64,000 nucleotides of DNA, from assembly GCA_043228905.1 (NCBI GenBank), contig JBHGNT010000001.1:18166001-18230000 (forward strand), given 5' to 3'. Within the stretch, counting starts at the first letter, position 1; each line of letters begins with the position of its first letter. A program made the translations under genes and the position numbers. This stretch comes from Azolla caroliniana. Its lineage: Eukaryota; Plantae; Polypodiophyta. Under the pieces are notes generated by a model. That model had not been told where the DNA came from. It was given only the letters and a program-made list of their open reading frames with translations, and did no database searches. Below, in pieces: positions 1-12,500 of the stretch.

Positions 1-65
1 TAGAAGGACCGGCCACCAGATGGCACCGGACGCAGGACCGCAGCACCATCACCACCTTTGCGGAC

Positions 66-965
66 GTGAAAGCTAAATTCTTGCACTTCTTTCAGAAGGA
101 GGTGGACCAGAGAGAAATGGTGGGCCTATTTTATACCATCCGGCAGGACCCTGGGGAGAGCATTCCGCAGTTTGTCATCCAGTTTCAACGGATGCACAGT
201 CAGCTTACCCGAACACCTCCAGAGGAAGAAACACGGGCTATATTCTTAGCCGCGCTCCGGGAACCTCTACGTACGGTATGCACGGTCATCGACTTTCGCA
301 CAAGTACCGTCGACCAGGTCATCGACCGGGTTAGAGAAATGGAGAAAACAAGCTCTTGGCTAACAATGGGAGCACTGCAACGAGCGTTACCAACCGATGA
401 GGATCTCCGGTTTCAACAGGCCATTCAATGCACAACATGCCTAAATGTCGGACACTCAGCACTAGAATGTACCATGCGCTCGCAATGTCTATTGTGCCAT
501 TCCAGGAACCACACAATGGAGCAGTGCGAGTACAATTTGTTGAATCACCAAGCACCACCGGTTCGGCAAATCGAACCACGGAGTACCAAGGAGGAGGAAG
601 AAGAACGTTGGAGGCGAGAAGAGCGATACCGACCGGCACAGGATGTCCGGTACATGTACAACTATGAACGGTATGATAGATATGATCGGTACCGGGATTA
701 TAATGGACAGTATGAAAGATACAATCGGGACCAATCCCCCGGTTACAACCAACGACAGGAAGCCTACGGGAGACATGATGACCAGCCCCGTCAAGAGTAT
801 CGGAACAAAAAGAAACGCCATTTCAAGAAAAGGGGTTACCTACGGGAACCGGAGAAGGGCGCCTCAAGCAGCCAACTGGATCAAAGCTCCGCCGTTACCA
901 CAGGTTCTCCACCGGGGGCAAGAAACAACGCCGAATCCAACACTACCCGGAAAGCATATTGCCAC
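66..965 (+). pseudogene. gag: Gag of Gypsy A1 (capsid-like region plus CCHC zinc knuckles)
   Basis: Contains 'IRQDPGESIPQFVIQF' and two tandem CX2CX4HX4C motifs. A third, degenerate knuckle is split by the Copia insertion (rejoined reading KAYCYYCRQEGQYSNQW). Confidence 0.85.
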
Positions 966-1070
966 TGTTAAGAATTAGGTAATTAACTAGGGTTAATTAG
1001 AGACTAATTAATATATGGTTACGTTAAGCAGCAGAAGATTACTATGATATGCGCGTGAGAGTGTGTGAGA

Positions 1071-1128
<58 letters not shown>

Positions 1129-1442
1129 ACACTTATGAACACGAAGATAAATGGGGGATGATTGACTATATTGAAAAGTGTCATCAACTACAAAAATACC
1201 CACAATGAGGTATATATACAACCCATGTGCAAAGGTGCACATGTGTGGGTAGAACATAGGTACTTATGTGTAAGTCCTACATTAAATGTACTAAGGAGTG
1301 GAGGATCTAGAATATCCCACTTAAGTACAAGGTCCTATTTAAAGGCTTAAGGTCAATACATTAACTAGATTTGATCTAGGTGAGTACTAAGTTACATGTG
1401 TTGACTAACTAGATTAAACTAGTTGACCTTGATATCTCAACA
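966..1442 (-). repeat. 3' LTR of Copia 1 with (GA)n tract
   Basis: TGTTAAG...CTCAACA, a direct repeat of 4509-4950, adjacent to the PPT. Confidence 0.95.
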
Positions 1443-1482
1443 CGCCCCCTCAAGCTCAAGTGTGAGGCGTCCAACGTCCGGT

Positions 1483-4332
1483 TTAGCTTCCTTCGGTTTC
1501 ATCGGCATCGGTGCGGCTTGCGGCTTTCTTCGTGGTGTTGCGCGGCGTTGCGCGGCTTTCTTCGCGTATTCTCGGCTTCGTTGCGCGGTTCTCCGCGGCC
1601 TTGTTCTCCCCCTCAAGCCTGTGACAAAGGCTTGGATCCTCAGGCTCTTGTTCAGCCACTACCTTTATCGCGAGGGCATAGTGCTGGGCCATATACTCAT
1701 TGTAGGCGTAACGAGTGACTTGGGTCTTCGCTCGTGATGAGCGGCGGAGTTTCTCATTGGTCGATGTGAGTGCCTTCTTTACTCCATGTGTCCTCATGAT
1801 GGGTACACCGAACTCACTATCTAGTGAGCGAGCCGAATCATCCGAATCACAGTCGTCGGGGTGGACCTTGACTTCGTATTCAAGCATCTTACCTTTGCCT
1901 TTGTCCAATGTCGGACTTGGCCGTGACGTGATTTCATCGCGTGGAGGCTTTTGTGGGCCAATTATCTTGGTAGAGCTTGGATTGTCCTTCGGTGGAGCAC
2001 TTGGCCGAGTTTCGTCGTCCAAGTTGGCGTTCAACTCTTCCTCGATCGGGTCAGATGGAGTCGCATCGGGCTTATACCAAGATGCCGATTCGCCAAAAAT
2101 GACGTCGCGACTTATCCGCACCGCTCGGGTTGAAGGGTTGAAGCACTTGTACGCCTTTTTCGCGGACAAGTATCCTATGAGGATACATTCTTCCGACTTC
2201 GCGTCGGGATTCTCTCGACTTCCATTCGGGATGCGTACATTCGCAATGCTTCCGAACACCTTGAGGTGCGAGAGGATGGGCTTCCTTCCAACGAAGATCT
2301 CGTATGGAGTAAGCTCGTGCACGCTATTTGTGGTGCATCGATTCATGAGATAGACGGCCGTGGCTGCCGCTTCCACCCAATAGAAGTTCGGCATGTGCTT
2401 CTCACGCAACATGGCGCGTGCTACCTCGAGTATTTGCCGATTCTTTCTCTCGGCTACTCCATTTTGTTGGGGAGTGTGTCGGCATGAGAATTCTCTTCGA
2501 ATGCCTTCACCTTGGAGGTAAGAGGTGAACTCGTCGGAGAAGTACTCCTTTCCTCCGTCCAATCGTAGGCATCAAATGTGCCGACTGGTTTCTTTCTCCA
2601 CTTGGCCTTTGAGCCTTTGAAAGTGGGAGAGCACTTCGCTCTTCTTCTTCATCGGGTATATCCACGTGTAGCGCGAGTGGTCGTCGATGAAGCTGACGTA
2701 GTAGCGGCATCTGCCGAGCGTCGGCGTTTGAGCCGGTCCCCATACATCCGAGTGGATTATGTCAAGGAGGCCTTTGCTTGCGGAGCTCTCCTTCGGGAAT
2801 GGGAGTCGATGTTGTTTGCCGAGTTGGCATGCTTCACACACTTGGTCGACTTGTTTCGATTCGAAGGCCGGAAGTCCAATTACGACTCCCTTTGATTGCA
2901 TTCCGCGAAGCCGTTGGAGGTTTACGTGGCTGATTCGCTTGTGCCACAACTCGATGTTTGTCTTGGTCTTGAGACCTTTGGCGTACATGGCCGATTTTAC
3001 CTTGTTCGAGTCGAGGATGAACAAGCGACTGTCTCTCCGTCCCTTGGCTATGAGTCGGCCGTCTTTCTCGATGAAGCAACCTTCATTGTTGAAGAGGACT
3101 TGCATGGCTTGCTCCACGATTTGGCTGACCGAGACCAAATTCTTTGTTATTGTGGGCACGTGCAAGACATTCTTGATGCAAGTTTGCTCGCCTTCTTTCC
3201 CGAATGGGACATCGCCGATGTGCCGAATGGGATGCAGAGTGTTGTCTCCGGTCTCTATGTAGCCGGGTCGATCCGGCGTTCTCAAGTCGTGGAACCACTC
3301 TTGGTGCGACATCATGTGGTGTGAGGCACCGTAGTCTACGAACCACGCGTGTTCGGAGTTGGAGGTGCTTGCGCAGTTTGCGGGAATGGAGGCCATCATA
3401 GAGTTCGCTCTATGCCTCATCACGAAGAGTCTGCTGTAGTCCGCGTATTCCGCGTTCGCGGCGTAATTTGTGAGTTGTCGGCTTGTTGAGGCCGACTCGC
3501 TTCGTCTTTTTCGGCACTCCTCTTCGCGATGGCCAATTTTGCCGCAATAGTTGCACGTAGGTGGCGTCGTTCGCCAACCTTGTTCGACATGGAAGCTCCC
3601 CCTTCTTCTGAAGGTTCCTCGATGGCTTCCGTTTCCTTGCCGAAATTGTGAATTTCCTTCGTGGGATAGGTCGAATTGACCTCTTCCACGTCGACCTCGT
3701 CTATGGGCACCATCCGTATCGGAGAAGAGCATTTGTCCTTCCGATGTGTTGTTCTTTGGTTGAACGTGGTTTTCTTCGACCAATAGCATTGATTGGAGGT
3801 TGAAGAACGAGGGAGGGGTATCTCTCGCCAAGATTATCGTTCTCAACGGGTTGAATCGTTGTGCGAGGCCGCCCAAGCATACTTGCACCATCTCGTCCTC
3901 GTCGATGTCGACGTTGATGGAGCCAAGAGAGTCGCAAAAGCTCTTGATCTTGGCGGTGTAATCCGTCATGGACAATTCTTTTTGTCGTATGTTGTTCAAC
4001 TCTTGTCGGAGTTGAAGCTTGCGCACGGATGTGTCCGCGGCGAAAATCTTCTTGAGATTTTCCCACGCCTCTTTGGGCGTCTTGGCGTCACGAATGTGGC
4101 TAAGCATGTGGTCGTTTACACATGTTGCCAAGCAATACATTACCCGACTCACGCCTTGCTCCCACGTTGGGTAGTTGGCGTGTGTGGTTTCGGGTTTGTT
4201 TTCTTGTGCGCCGTTGATGTAGCTCCAATACCCTTGGCCGACAAGGTATTGATTCATCTTATACTCCCAAGATGAATAGTTGCTTCGGTCTAGCTTTTCG
4301 CTAGGGAGTGAGCTTCCCATTTGTTTGTTCAT
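1483..4332 (-). pseudogene. Copia gag-protease-integrase polyprotein with one premature stop (2572-2574); RT/RH absent
   Basis: Copia gag (KLDRSNYSSW), CNYCGKIGHREEEC knuckle, protease WFVDYGASHHM, WHKRISH/CEAC, HSDVWGP, DGGKEY and QQNGVAERKNR. Confidence 0.92.
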
Positions 4333-4508
4333 GTTGATTGTTGTGTCTTCCGTTTCGTTTTTCTTCTCTTGGTCACGTACACGTCCTTCGTAGGGACACT
4401 ACGGTAGCGGATAGCGAATGGTTGGGATTTGTCATCGGCGTCTCGAACACACAATCACGAATAAGCGGTGGGCTTAGTGGATTTCCTAAACCACTCGCTC
4501 TGATACCA

Positions 4509-4950
4509 TGTTAAGTAATTACGTAATTAACTAGGGTTAATTAGAGACTAATTATATGGTTACGTTAAGCAGCGGAAGATTAGTATGATATGCGCGTGAG
4601 AGTGTGTGAGAGGAAGAGAGAGAGAGAGAGGAAGTTACACTTATGAACACGAAGATAAATGGGGGATGATTAACTATATTGAAAAGTGTCATCAACTACA
4701 AAAATACCCACAATGAGGTATATATACAACCCATGTGCAAAGGTGCACATGTGTGGGTAGAACATAGGTACTTATGTGTAAGTCCTACATTAAATGTACT
4801 AAGGAGTGGAGGATCTAGAATATCCCACTTAAGTACAAGGTCCTATTTAAAGGCTTAAGGTCAACACATTAACTAGATTCGATCTAGGTAACTACTAAGT
4901 TACATGTGTTGACTAACTAGATTAAACTAGTTGACCTTGATATCTCAACA
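4509..4950 (-). repeat. 5' LTR of Copia 1
   Basis: Direct repeat of 966-1442, abutting the PBS. Confidence 0.95.
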
Positions 4951-7900
4951 GCTACTATTGCCGACAAGAAGGACAATATAGTAATCAATGGCCGGCAAAG
5001 AGCTATGATAAACGACCAGCGGTGAACATGGTAGTCGCCAAAGTTGCAGACCTGCAGTAAGTAACCACAAGATCGAAGGATAAGGCGACGGAATGGGAGG
5101 CGCAAGAGGCCATCCGCAAGTAGGCAACGGAATGGGTAGAAAAGGCGAATGCGCGAAACATGGCAGAGCTTGCGCAGCAAAAGGAAACTACCGAAGAGCT
5201 CGCCGGTGGCAGTCAACCCGAAAATGCGACATGGCAGGCATTACAAGAATGCCAAATCACGCTGCCATTAGGACGGTTCCTACAGCTAGTGCCCAGATTC
5301 ACAGAAGGACTCAAGACAGGCATGACGACAGGAGAAACATCCACCGGCTCCAACATTCTTCTTAAATCCGGAGGAGGGACCGACGGTAGTAGACAGAAAC
5401 AGTCTGGCAATCACAGCCATCGTGAAGGGAAAGGAGTTACCTGGAATAGTAATAGATGGAGGATCCGGCGTCAATGTGATTAGCCTCCGAACGTGCAAAA
5501 CCTTGGGAATCCAAGAGTGGGAACCATGCCCGTTCTGGCTGCGGATGGCGGATACAAGCTCAGTGCGACCGACCGGCTTGATAAGAGATTTGGAAGTAAC
5601 GATCGGCGGCTACACATTTCGCATTTCGGCAGTAGTGCTACAACTATAGACACAAGGAGCTTACCCACTATTGTTGGGGCGGTTGTGGTTGAAAACGGCG
5701 CACATTAAACAAAACTAGAGGAAGAATATAATCACCTTCCAGCAGGGAAAAGCAAAAGTACGGGTACCGACACAACCACGGACGAGTATAGGGAAGGAAT
5801 TGACACCCCTATATGCCGAATGCGTCAATATGCTGGACGGATTAGCAGACGAAGAGGTAGATCAATACTTGGAGGATAATCCGAAGATTGTACCTCTGTT
5901 CGAAATCGACATAGCCGAATTCGTATCACCATACATACTGCAACCGGATAGAGCCGACGAGGAACCAAATAAAGAAGTGATCCGGGAGCTACGGCAAGCA
6001 CAGGAGGCGTTGGAAAGAGAAATGGCCGTATCGCAACGGGTTAAAGCATCCCAACTAGAGGAGGTAAATCTAGGAACTACGAAAGAGGCGAGACCGGTGC
6101 ACATTGCCAAGGAAATGACTCCGGAGAACAAAACGGCGATGATTACACTTCTCAAAGAATTTCGGGACGTGTTTGCCTGGTCTTACGAGGATATGTGAGG
6201 GCTCGATCCTCAACTATATCAGCATCAGATACATTTGAGCAAAGACGCCAAACCGGTAGCACAGCGACGGTACTAGATGAATCTAAATTATGCCGCCAAA
6301 GTCAAAGAGGAAATCGACAAGTTGCTGAGGGTTGGCTTTATCCACCCAGTAAAGAAATCTACATTGCTGAGCCCGATAGTAGTCGTACCAAAGAAAAACG
6401 GCAAAATTAGAGTTTGTGTCGACTACCGTAAGCTTAATGCGGCGACGGTAACAGATGCATTCCCACTCCCATTTACGGATGGAGTTTTGGACGCAATCGC
6501 CGGCCATGAGGTATACAGTTTCTTAGACGGATTCAGTGGATACAACCAGATCCGGATGCACCCCGATGACCAGGAGAAAACGGCTTTCATCACCGAATGG
6601 GGAGTGTTTGTTGCCGTAGTAATGATGTTCGGACTAAAAACGGCGCCGGCAACGTTCTAGAGGATCATCATGGAAATATTCGGAGAATTCATACCGGCAT
6701 TCATGCAGGTGTTTCTAGATGACTTCACCGTCTATAGCCGGGAAGGAGATCACTTTCAGCACCTCCGATTGTGTCTAGAAAAATGCCGGGCTTACCGGCT
6801 AAGCTTGAATCCGGCAAAATCTGTATTCGGAGTGTCAAGCGGGGCACTATTAGGACACACCGTGAGCAAGGAAGGAATTGTCGTGGACCCGGACAAAGTA
6901 AAAGCAATCTTGGAGGCACCGGCACCAAGAACGGCCAAAGCATTAAGCTGTTTCTTAGGCCAAATCCGGTGGCATAGCCGAATGCTCCGGTATCTGGCGG
7001 ACCTAGCTACACCACTGCATGTTGCAGTACACCTAACACTGTTCCAGTGGACCGACACCGAAGACAAGGCGTACTGGGCACTCAAAGTACTATTGTCGCA
7101 AGCGCCGGTAGTGCAACCCCCAGATTGGGCTAAGGAGTTTCATGTGTTCGTGGATGCGTCCGACATTGCAATCGGAAGTGCGCTGATGCAACTTACTGAG
7201 CCAAGGTGGTACCGGCCCGTATATTACGCAAGCCGAAAGTTATCCCAAGCCGAACGAAATTATTCCACCACGGAAAGGGAAGCTTTGGGCATGATCTATA
7301 GCGTGACAAAATTCAAACATTATTTGCTGGGAAGGAAATTTTCCTTCCACGTAGATCATTCGGCACTCCTCTATTTAGTTTCCAAAGCGTCACTAACCGG
7401 TAAGTTGGCACGATGGACGTTACTGTTGCAGGAATTTGAGTTTGAAATATTCTACCGACCCGGCATACAGCATGCACTAGCAGACTATTTGAGCCAGTTA
7501 GATTCCGGCGAGACTGGTAACGGAGTCCCGGACGAGTTTCCAGATGCTGAGCAATTTCGAGTCACCGTGGAAACGGCAACAGATGAAACGGTGGCACAAG
7601 AAGATAAGTGGCTAACGAATATGCAACAATTTCTGAGCACCGGATTGCCTCCGGAGTAGATGAACCGGGACGAGAGGAAACACCTCGCGGTACAAAGCCG
7701 ACACTTCTGTTTAGTACGGGCGTAGACGGTATATGGTGACGGGCGGTGCGCAGCAACGAGAAGTATATAATACTACGAGAAGCACATTGCGGAGTCGCCG
7801 GAGGCCATTACGCCGGAGATGCTACGGCAAGGAAGATATGGCAGAGTGGCTTATGGTGGCCGACAACATTGAAAGACGCGGTCCGGTACGCTAAAGAATG

Positions 7901-8825
7901 CGATCTATGTCGGCGAATGGGCCAGCCAATCGAACAAGCTAGGATGCCGCACCAACCGGTACTGCCGTTAGAACCATTTCAGAAATGGGGGCTGGATTTT
8001 GTGGGTCCATTCAAACCACCGGCAATGAGAACCGACAACCGGTATGTGATCGTAGCTACGGATTACTGCACGAAATGGGTAGAAGCCAAATCCTTGCGCG
8101 ACAACACCGCGGCGTTGATGGCGAAATTCTTGTATGAATACATCTGGTGCAGGTATGGATGCTTGATCAAGCTAATAAGTGACCAAGAAGGGCACTTCCT
8201 CGGCCAAGTGGTGGAAATCTTGACGTTGTTCTATGCCGTGGTGCATAAACGGAGCACGCCATACTATCCGCAAGCAAACGGGTTAGCCGAGTCAACGAAC
8301 AAAACGCTACAGAATATCCTTCGGAAAATCATCAACGAAAACCGGACAGACTGGAATATGAAGTTGCACAGCGCACTCTGGGCTTACCGGACAACCTACA
8401 AAACAAGCATCCAAACCACACCGTTCCGGCTAGCATTCGGATTGGAGGTCGTCATGCCGGTAGAGTTCCAGATCCTGAGCTTACGGATTCAGATTAGGGA
8501 ATAGTTAAACGAGAAGGAATCGGAGGCAATTCAGTTAACAGCTCTGTGTGAACTAGAAGAACACCGATTAGCGAGTATCATGCACCTGGAACTGGTGCAA
8601 CGGCGAAGAAAGGCGTTTGTGGATCGCCACCGAAAAGGAAATGAAAAGATGTTTGGAATCGGCAAGCCGGTACTAGTGTTCCAGACCCGGATGGGAAAGA
8701 TGTCGGGGAAACTACGGTTTCGGTGGACCAGACCGTACTAGATCACACGCGAGTTCAATGGATCCTACCAGTTAGGGACAATTGCCGGCGAAGTCCTGGG
8801 TAAGTGGGTCAACGGATTTCGAAAC
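4951..8825 (+). pseudogene. pol: Gypsy A1 gag C-terminus and pol (PR-RT-RH-IN), broken by stops and frameshifts
   Basis: ORF fragments 5160-5483, 5422-5649, 5800-6198, 6277-6660, 6670-7659 and 7746-8504 carry canonical Gypsy motifs. Confidence 0.92.
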
Positions 8826-8828
8826 GAA

Positions 8829-8853
8829 TAAATAAATAAATAAATAAATAAAT
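8829..8853. repeat. (AAAT)n microsatellite
   Basis: About six AAAT units directly after the truncated integrase C-terminus. Confidence 0.8.
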
Positions 8854-9194
8854 CGAAACGAATCAAAGAAATCATGCAAAGGAGTGGTGGAAACGGCCAT
8901 GCAAACCAGGAGTAAAGAGGCACTTTGAAAAGGTATGAGGGGGCTATGAATAGGGCATTAAACCACCGCCACATGGCACGTAAGGCTATTATAGTACACG
9001 ACCTGCACACGCGTAGGCTTGAAAAAGGCGCCAAGATGTAGAGAGAAAACCCCCCCCCCCCGCATCGAGACCTTCTTCTTTCGCGAACCAAGGAGCACAA
9101 ACGCACATAGGCGCTTGAAGATCATCAGAAGAGAGCCAACACACACAAAGAGCCTCCTCACACAGAGCTTCCTCATACACAACCCTCACCAACG

Positions 9195-11890
9195 TTGTCT
9201 AACATCGACGCAGACATGGACTGCCAGACTCTCTCTGAGGCTGCCAAGAAATGGCTACGACAACACGGATTGGAGGGGTTCCTCACAATCATGGAAGCAC
9301 CACCACACAGAGAAGCTTACAAGATCATCAAAGAAATTGACACCGAGCTGATCACGGAGGAAGCGATCCGTGCATTAACAGGCCTTCTGGAGGGGGGCAT
9401 CTATACTATTGACAACCCTACCTCTGAACGGCTCATCAAATACTTCGACGAGTATTCTCTGGCCAGCAAGGGCTACAGGACACAGGGCAAAGAAGATATG
9501 TTATTCCGAGAAATTGCCCGTGTACTCCATGAGTTCGTCCACGTATACCCTCGACCCCCCGTTATGCCTCAGAACCGAGCAGGCTTGATCATCGCAAAAT
9601 ACGAAGGGGTCAAGGTGGATTGGCCGATGTTGATCGCCGACGGATTGTGTGCGGCTATTGACACCGTAAGAGGTAAGGAAGCCAAAGAAGGCCGGAAAAT
9701 ATGGCATGCGGTGGCGCAATGGCTCACCCTATTGGTGCCACTTGTCGAGCCCGTCCAGACCAAGAAGTGGGGAAGAGTAACGGACGGCACCCCGAAAGCT
9801 GCTTCAAAACGACAGCAATTGTTGGCCACCAAGACCACTAAGGGGAAGACAGCCGACACGGAGCAGGTGGCGAAGGAGCACGCCATCCGAAAGCAACCGA
9901 TGGACACGCAAGAGGAGACACCGGCATGGTCCCTTAAGAGCACTCTCCGCCGACTGGTGCAGCAAGAAACGGACACCCTGGTGGCAAGAATGAATATCGG
10001 GACTAAGGAGGAGGAAATGGAGGAAGAACCTACGGAGCATCTCTAGCGGTCGCCGACGACGAGCACCGTAGAATCAGCCGGGAAGCGTTCGGACCCATAG
10101 AAGGATGGAACGCCTTTACCCCACACTGAGAATCCCACGCCAAGGGAGGAACCGGTCTCAGAAGCCCCTGCACAACAGGCAATACCGAAACGCAAGCGCC
10201 GGTAAGGCATGTGCCACCTTCCTCAACTAGCCAAGAACAAACAGAACAAGAGCGGGCAACCGAAACACAACCGGAACCTGAATGGCAAAGGGGTCAGCAG
10301 GCAGAGCCGGAATTGCAGCTTGACCCAGTTAGGCGGGACCGGCCACTGGCAAGTGAACCCATCAGCCAACCCTCCGTGCAGACGCAACAATAGGGTACCG
10401 GCAGCCAATGGCTCCGGTGGATAGGAGAGCAGGTTGCCAGAGTGATATTGTATGTAGAGACGGAAGAACGAGCGCAGATGGAACGGTTGCTAGTCACAAC
10501 CGATGAACTAGAGACGGCCCGGTCAAGGATCCGGTGCCTTGAACAAGACTTGGATCGGGTCACAGAAGACATGGCCAAAATGGCCTTAACCGCAACACAA
10601 ATCCAAGCACCGGTGACTCCGGTGGATGTACAGAATAAAGAAACAACCACGCTTGTACATAGGAATAAGACCCCAGAGACAGAAACCGTCCCGGAGAAAG
10701 ATGCGGCGCAAGCCCAAGAGCTTGCTGAATTAAGGGACGAACTTGCCGCACAAGAAGCACTACGGAGCCGCGAATGAGATTTGAAGAAAGCGGCAGAAGA
10801 GGAGTTAAAGAAGATTGTTGAAAGCCTCCGCCGGTCAGAAGAAAATCTGCGGAAAGGGCATCAAGCTTACGACCGGCTAAAGGAGGAAAAAGAAAAATTG
10901 CTACAGGAGAAGGACAAGCTGCGACAGATGGTGGAAACGGAAATCAAAAGGCCAAAAGAAGAACTATGTCAACAAAAGGACCGGGAAGACCGCGCTCGCC
11001 GGCAAATCAACCAGAGGTTGAAGCAGAAGACAGAGGACTTCGACCACCTGCACTAGAACTTTAAGAGCTTGGACACAGAGCATAAGCAACAGCAGGAAAG
11101 GATGGCCGAGCTCCGGCAGGAAGTTGATAGGGCCAGGACGGCACTCGCCGACGAACGGGCTGAGAATACAAAGCTATTGGAGGAAGCGGCGAGGGACCGG
11201 ATGGAGCTCCACAAGCAGCACAATGAAGAAAAGGAGAGGGCGACAATGGTGTTACAGAGGTTGCAAACAACCTATCAAAGTTAATTGTCGCATTATAGGG
11301 AGTAGGAGGCAGACACGGTCAGAATCATCAAGCAATTGAAAGAGGAGCGACAAGCCGCGGAGAACAAATCACAGATGGGAATGGAACGGATCCAATGCAT
11401 CCTCTGGGCATGGCTAAGCAAGACCAAACGCTTGATTGACGAGAGCTCCGTGCGATGGTGGATGAAATGGGCGTAGAATACGGCTGAACTCCAGTTGCTC
11501 AGGGCAGACGCGGAAAACCGGCGGAAGGAAGGTGACGACTATTACATGCTCACATCGGAGGACTTCACCGCCATAAAGGATGAGCTGGCAGAAGATTTCA
11601 CAGCTCTTGCGGATGAGCAATTGGTGCAGGTTTGGCAACTCATAGCTCAATTGGATGACGATTGGATGGATGCTCAAATCCAGTTTGAGAGCTATGAGTG
11701 GTCCCGGCTTAAGGAAGAAAAAGCAAGGCAGGCGGCAACAGTCAACCTTAGTGATGAGGAACTGTCGCTGGTACAAGGACCAGACGGGGACCAGGCCGGG
11801 GTAAGTCAACCAGAGACAACTCCAACGGAGGAAACAACAAAGGAAACATCGGTGCTAGAGCAACAATCGGAGTCACAACCGGAGTCGTAG
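9195..11890 (+). pseudogene. Extra 3' ORF of Gypsy A1 (globular N-terminal domain plus long coiled coil), fragmented
   Basis: ORF 9195-10046, then five same-frame fragments (10211-11890) rich in E/K/R/L heptads, between integrase and the PPT. Confidence 0.7.
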
Positions 11891-12112
11891 CAGCCACCAC
11901 AACAGCCACAACAACAGCCACCACAACAGCAACAACAGATTCCCATCGAGCCACTGGAGACCCTGGAGCAAAGCATCCTGGATATCTTGAACGAAGAGTA
12001 AGGGGCCAGTGTGGGATTCGACGTACAAGGTACTGTCCCACAGGCGTGCCATGTGTTACCCGGCCGGCAAAGGAGCTAAGGACGGCAAAGACCAAGGTGT
12101 GAAAAGGGGAAT

Positions 12113-12500
12113 TGTTATTTGGGAATATTTTTAAATTACTAGTCTTAATATATATATTAATATATGAGAAGATGTGGACGGACGGACCGGAATCGGTATG
12201 CCGATCCAGATTCGGACCGATTCCGAATAGGTGTCGGTTGGCACCGTTTTGTACCTCGCACCGGTGACCTATATAAAGGCCCAGTTACAATGTAGTCATT
12301 GACGGAGAGTAATATAAACCTTTTGTTAATCATTGAGTATTGCTCACCGAGTTCTTACGCGTGTTAATGACGTATTGCTAAGTAACCGCTTAAGGTCCAA
12401 TTAAGCATTGTGTCGTAAGTTATCTCGCTATAACACCCTTTGGTGAAGTGTCTTAAGTGGACACCTGTGTTAGGTTGTTGTCCGGCCCTAAGGATTAACA
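12113..12500 (+). repeat. 3' LTR of Gypsy A1
   Basis: Follows the PPT, has TGTTA...TAACA inverted termini, and a TATA-like TATATAAAG near 12270. Confidence 0.75.

Larger units (their letters stand above)
966..4950 (-). mobile_element. Ty1/Copia element 1, two LTRs, lacks RT/RNase H
   Basis: Near-identical LTRs at 966-1442 and 4509-4950. PBS TGGTATCAGAGC (rc 4497-4508, tRNA-iMet). PPT rc at 1443-1454. TSD GCCAC/GCTAC (961-965, 4951-4955). Confidence 0.95.
1..12500 (+). mobile_element. Ty3/Gypsy LTR retrotransposon, family A copy 1 (non-chromovirus; 5' end outside window; interrupted by Copia at 966-4950)
   Basis: Domain order is gag (66-965, resumes 4951), protease (VIDGGSGVNVIS), RT (CVDYRKLN, FLDDF), RNase H (DASDIAIG, YSTTEREALG), integrase (WGLDFVGP, NGLAESTN), an extra ORF, PPT GAAAAGGGGAA (~12101-12111) and a TG..CA LTR. 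Confidence 0.93.

Noticed and set aside
5330-5425. Frame change before the Gypsy A protease as a programmed frameshift
   Set aside because: No slippery heptamer or stem was recognised, only one copy is available, and that copy has many random lesions.
9195-11890. Retroviral env gene
   Set aside because: No signal peptide or transmembrane helix was evident, and the sequence is mostly charged coiled coil.
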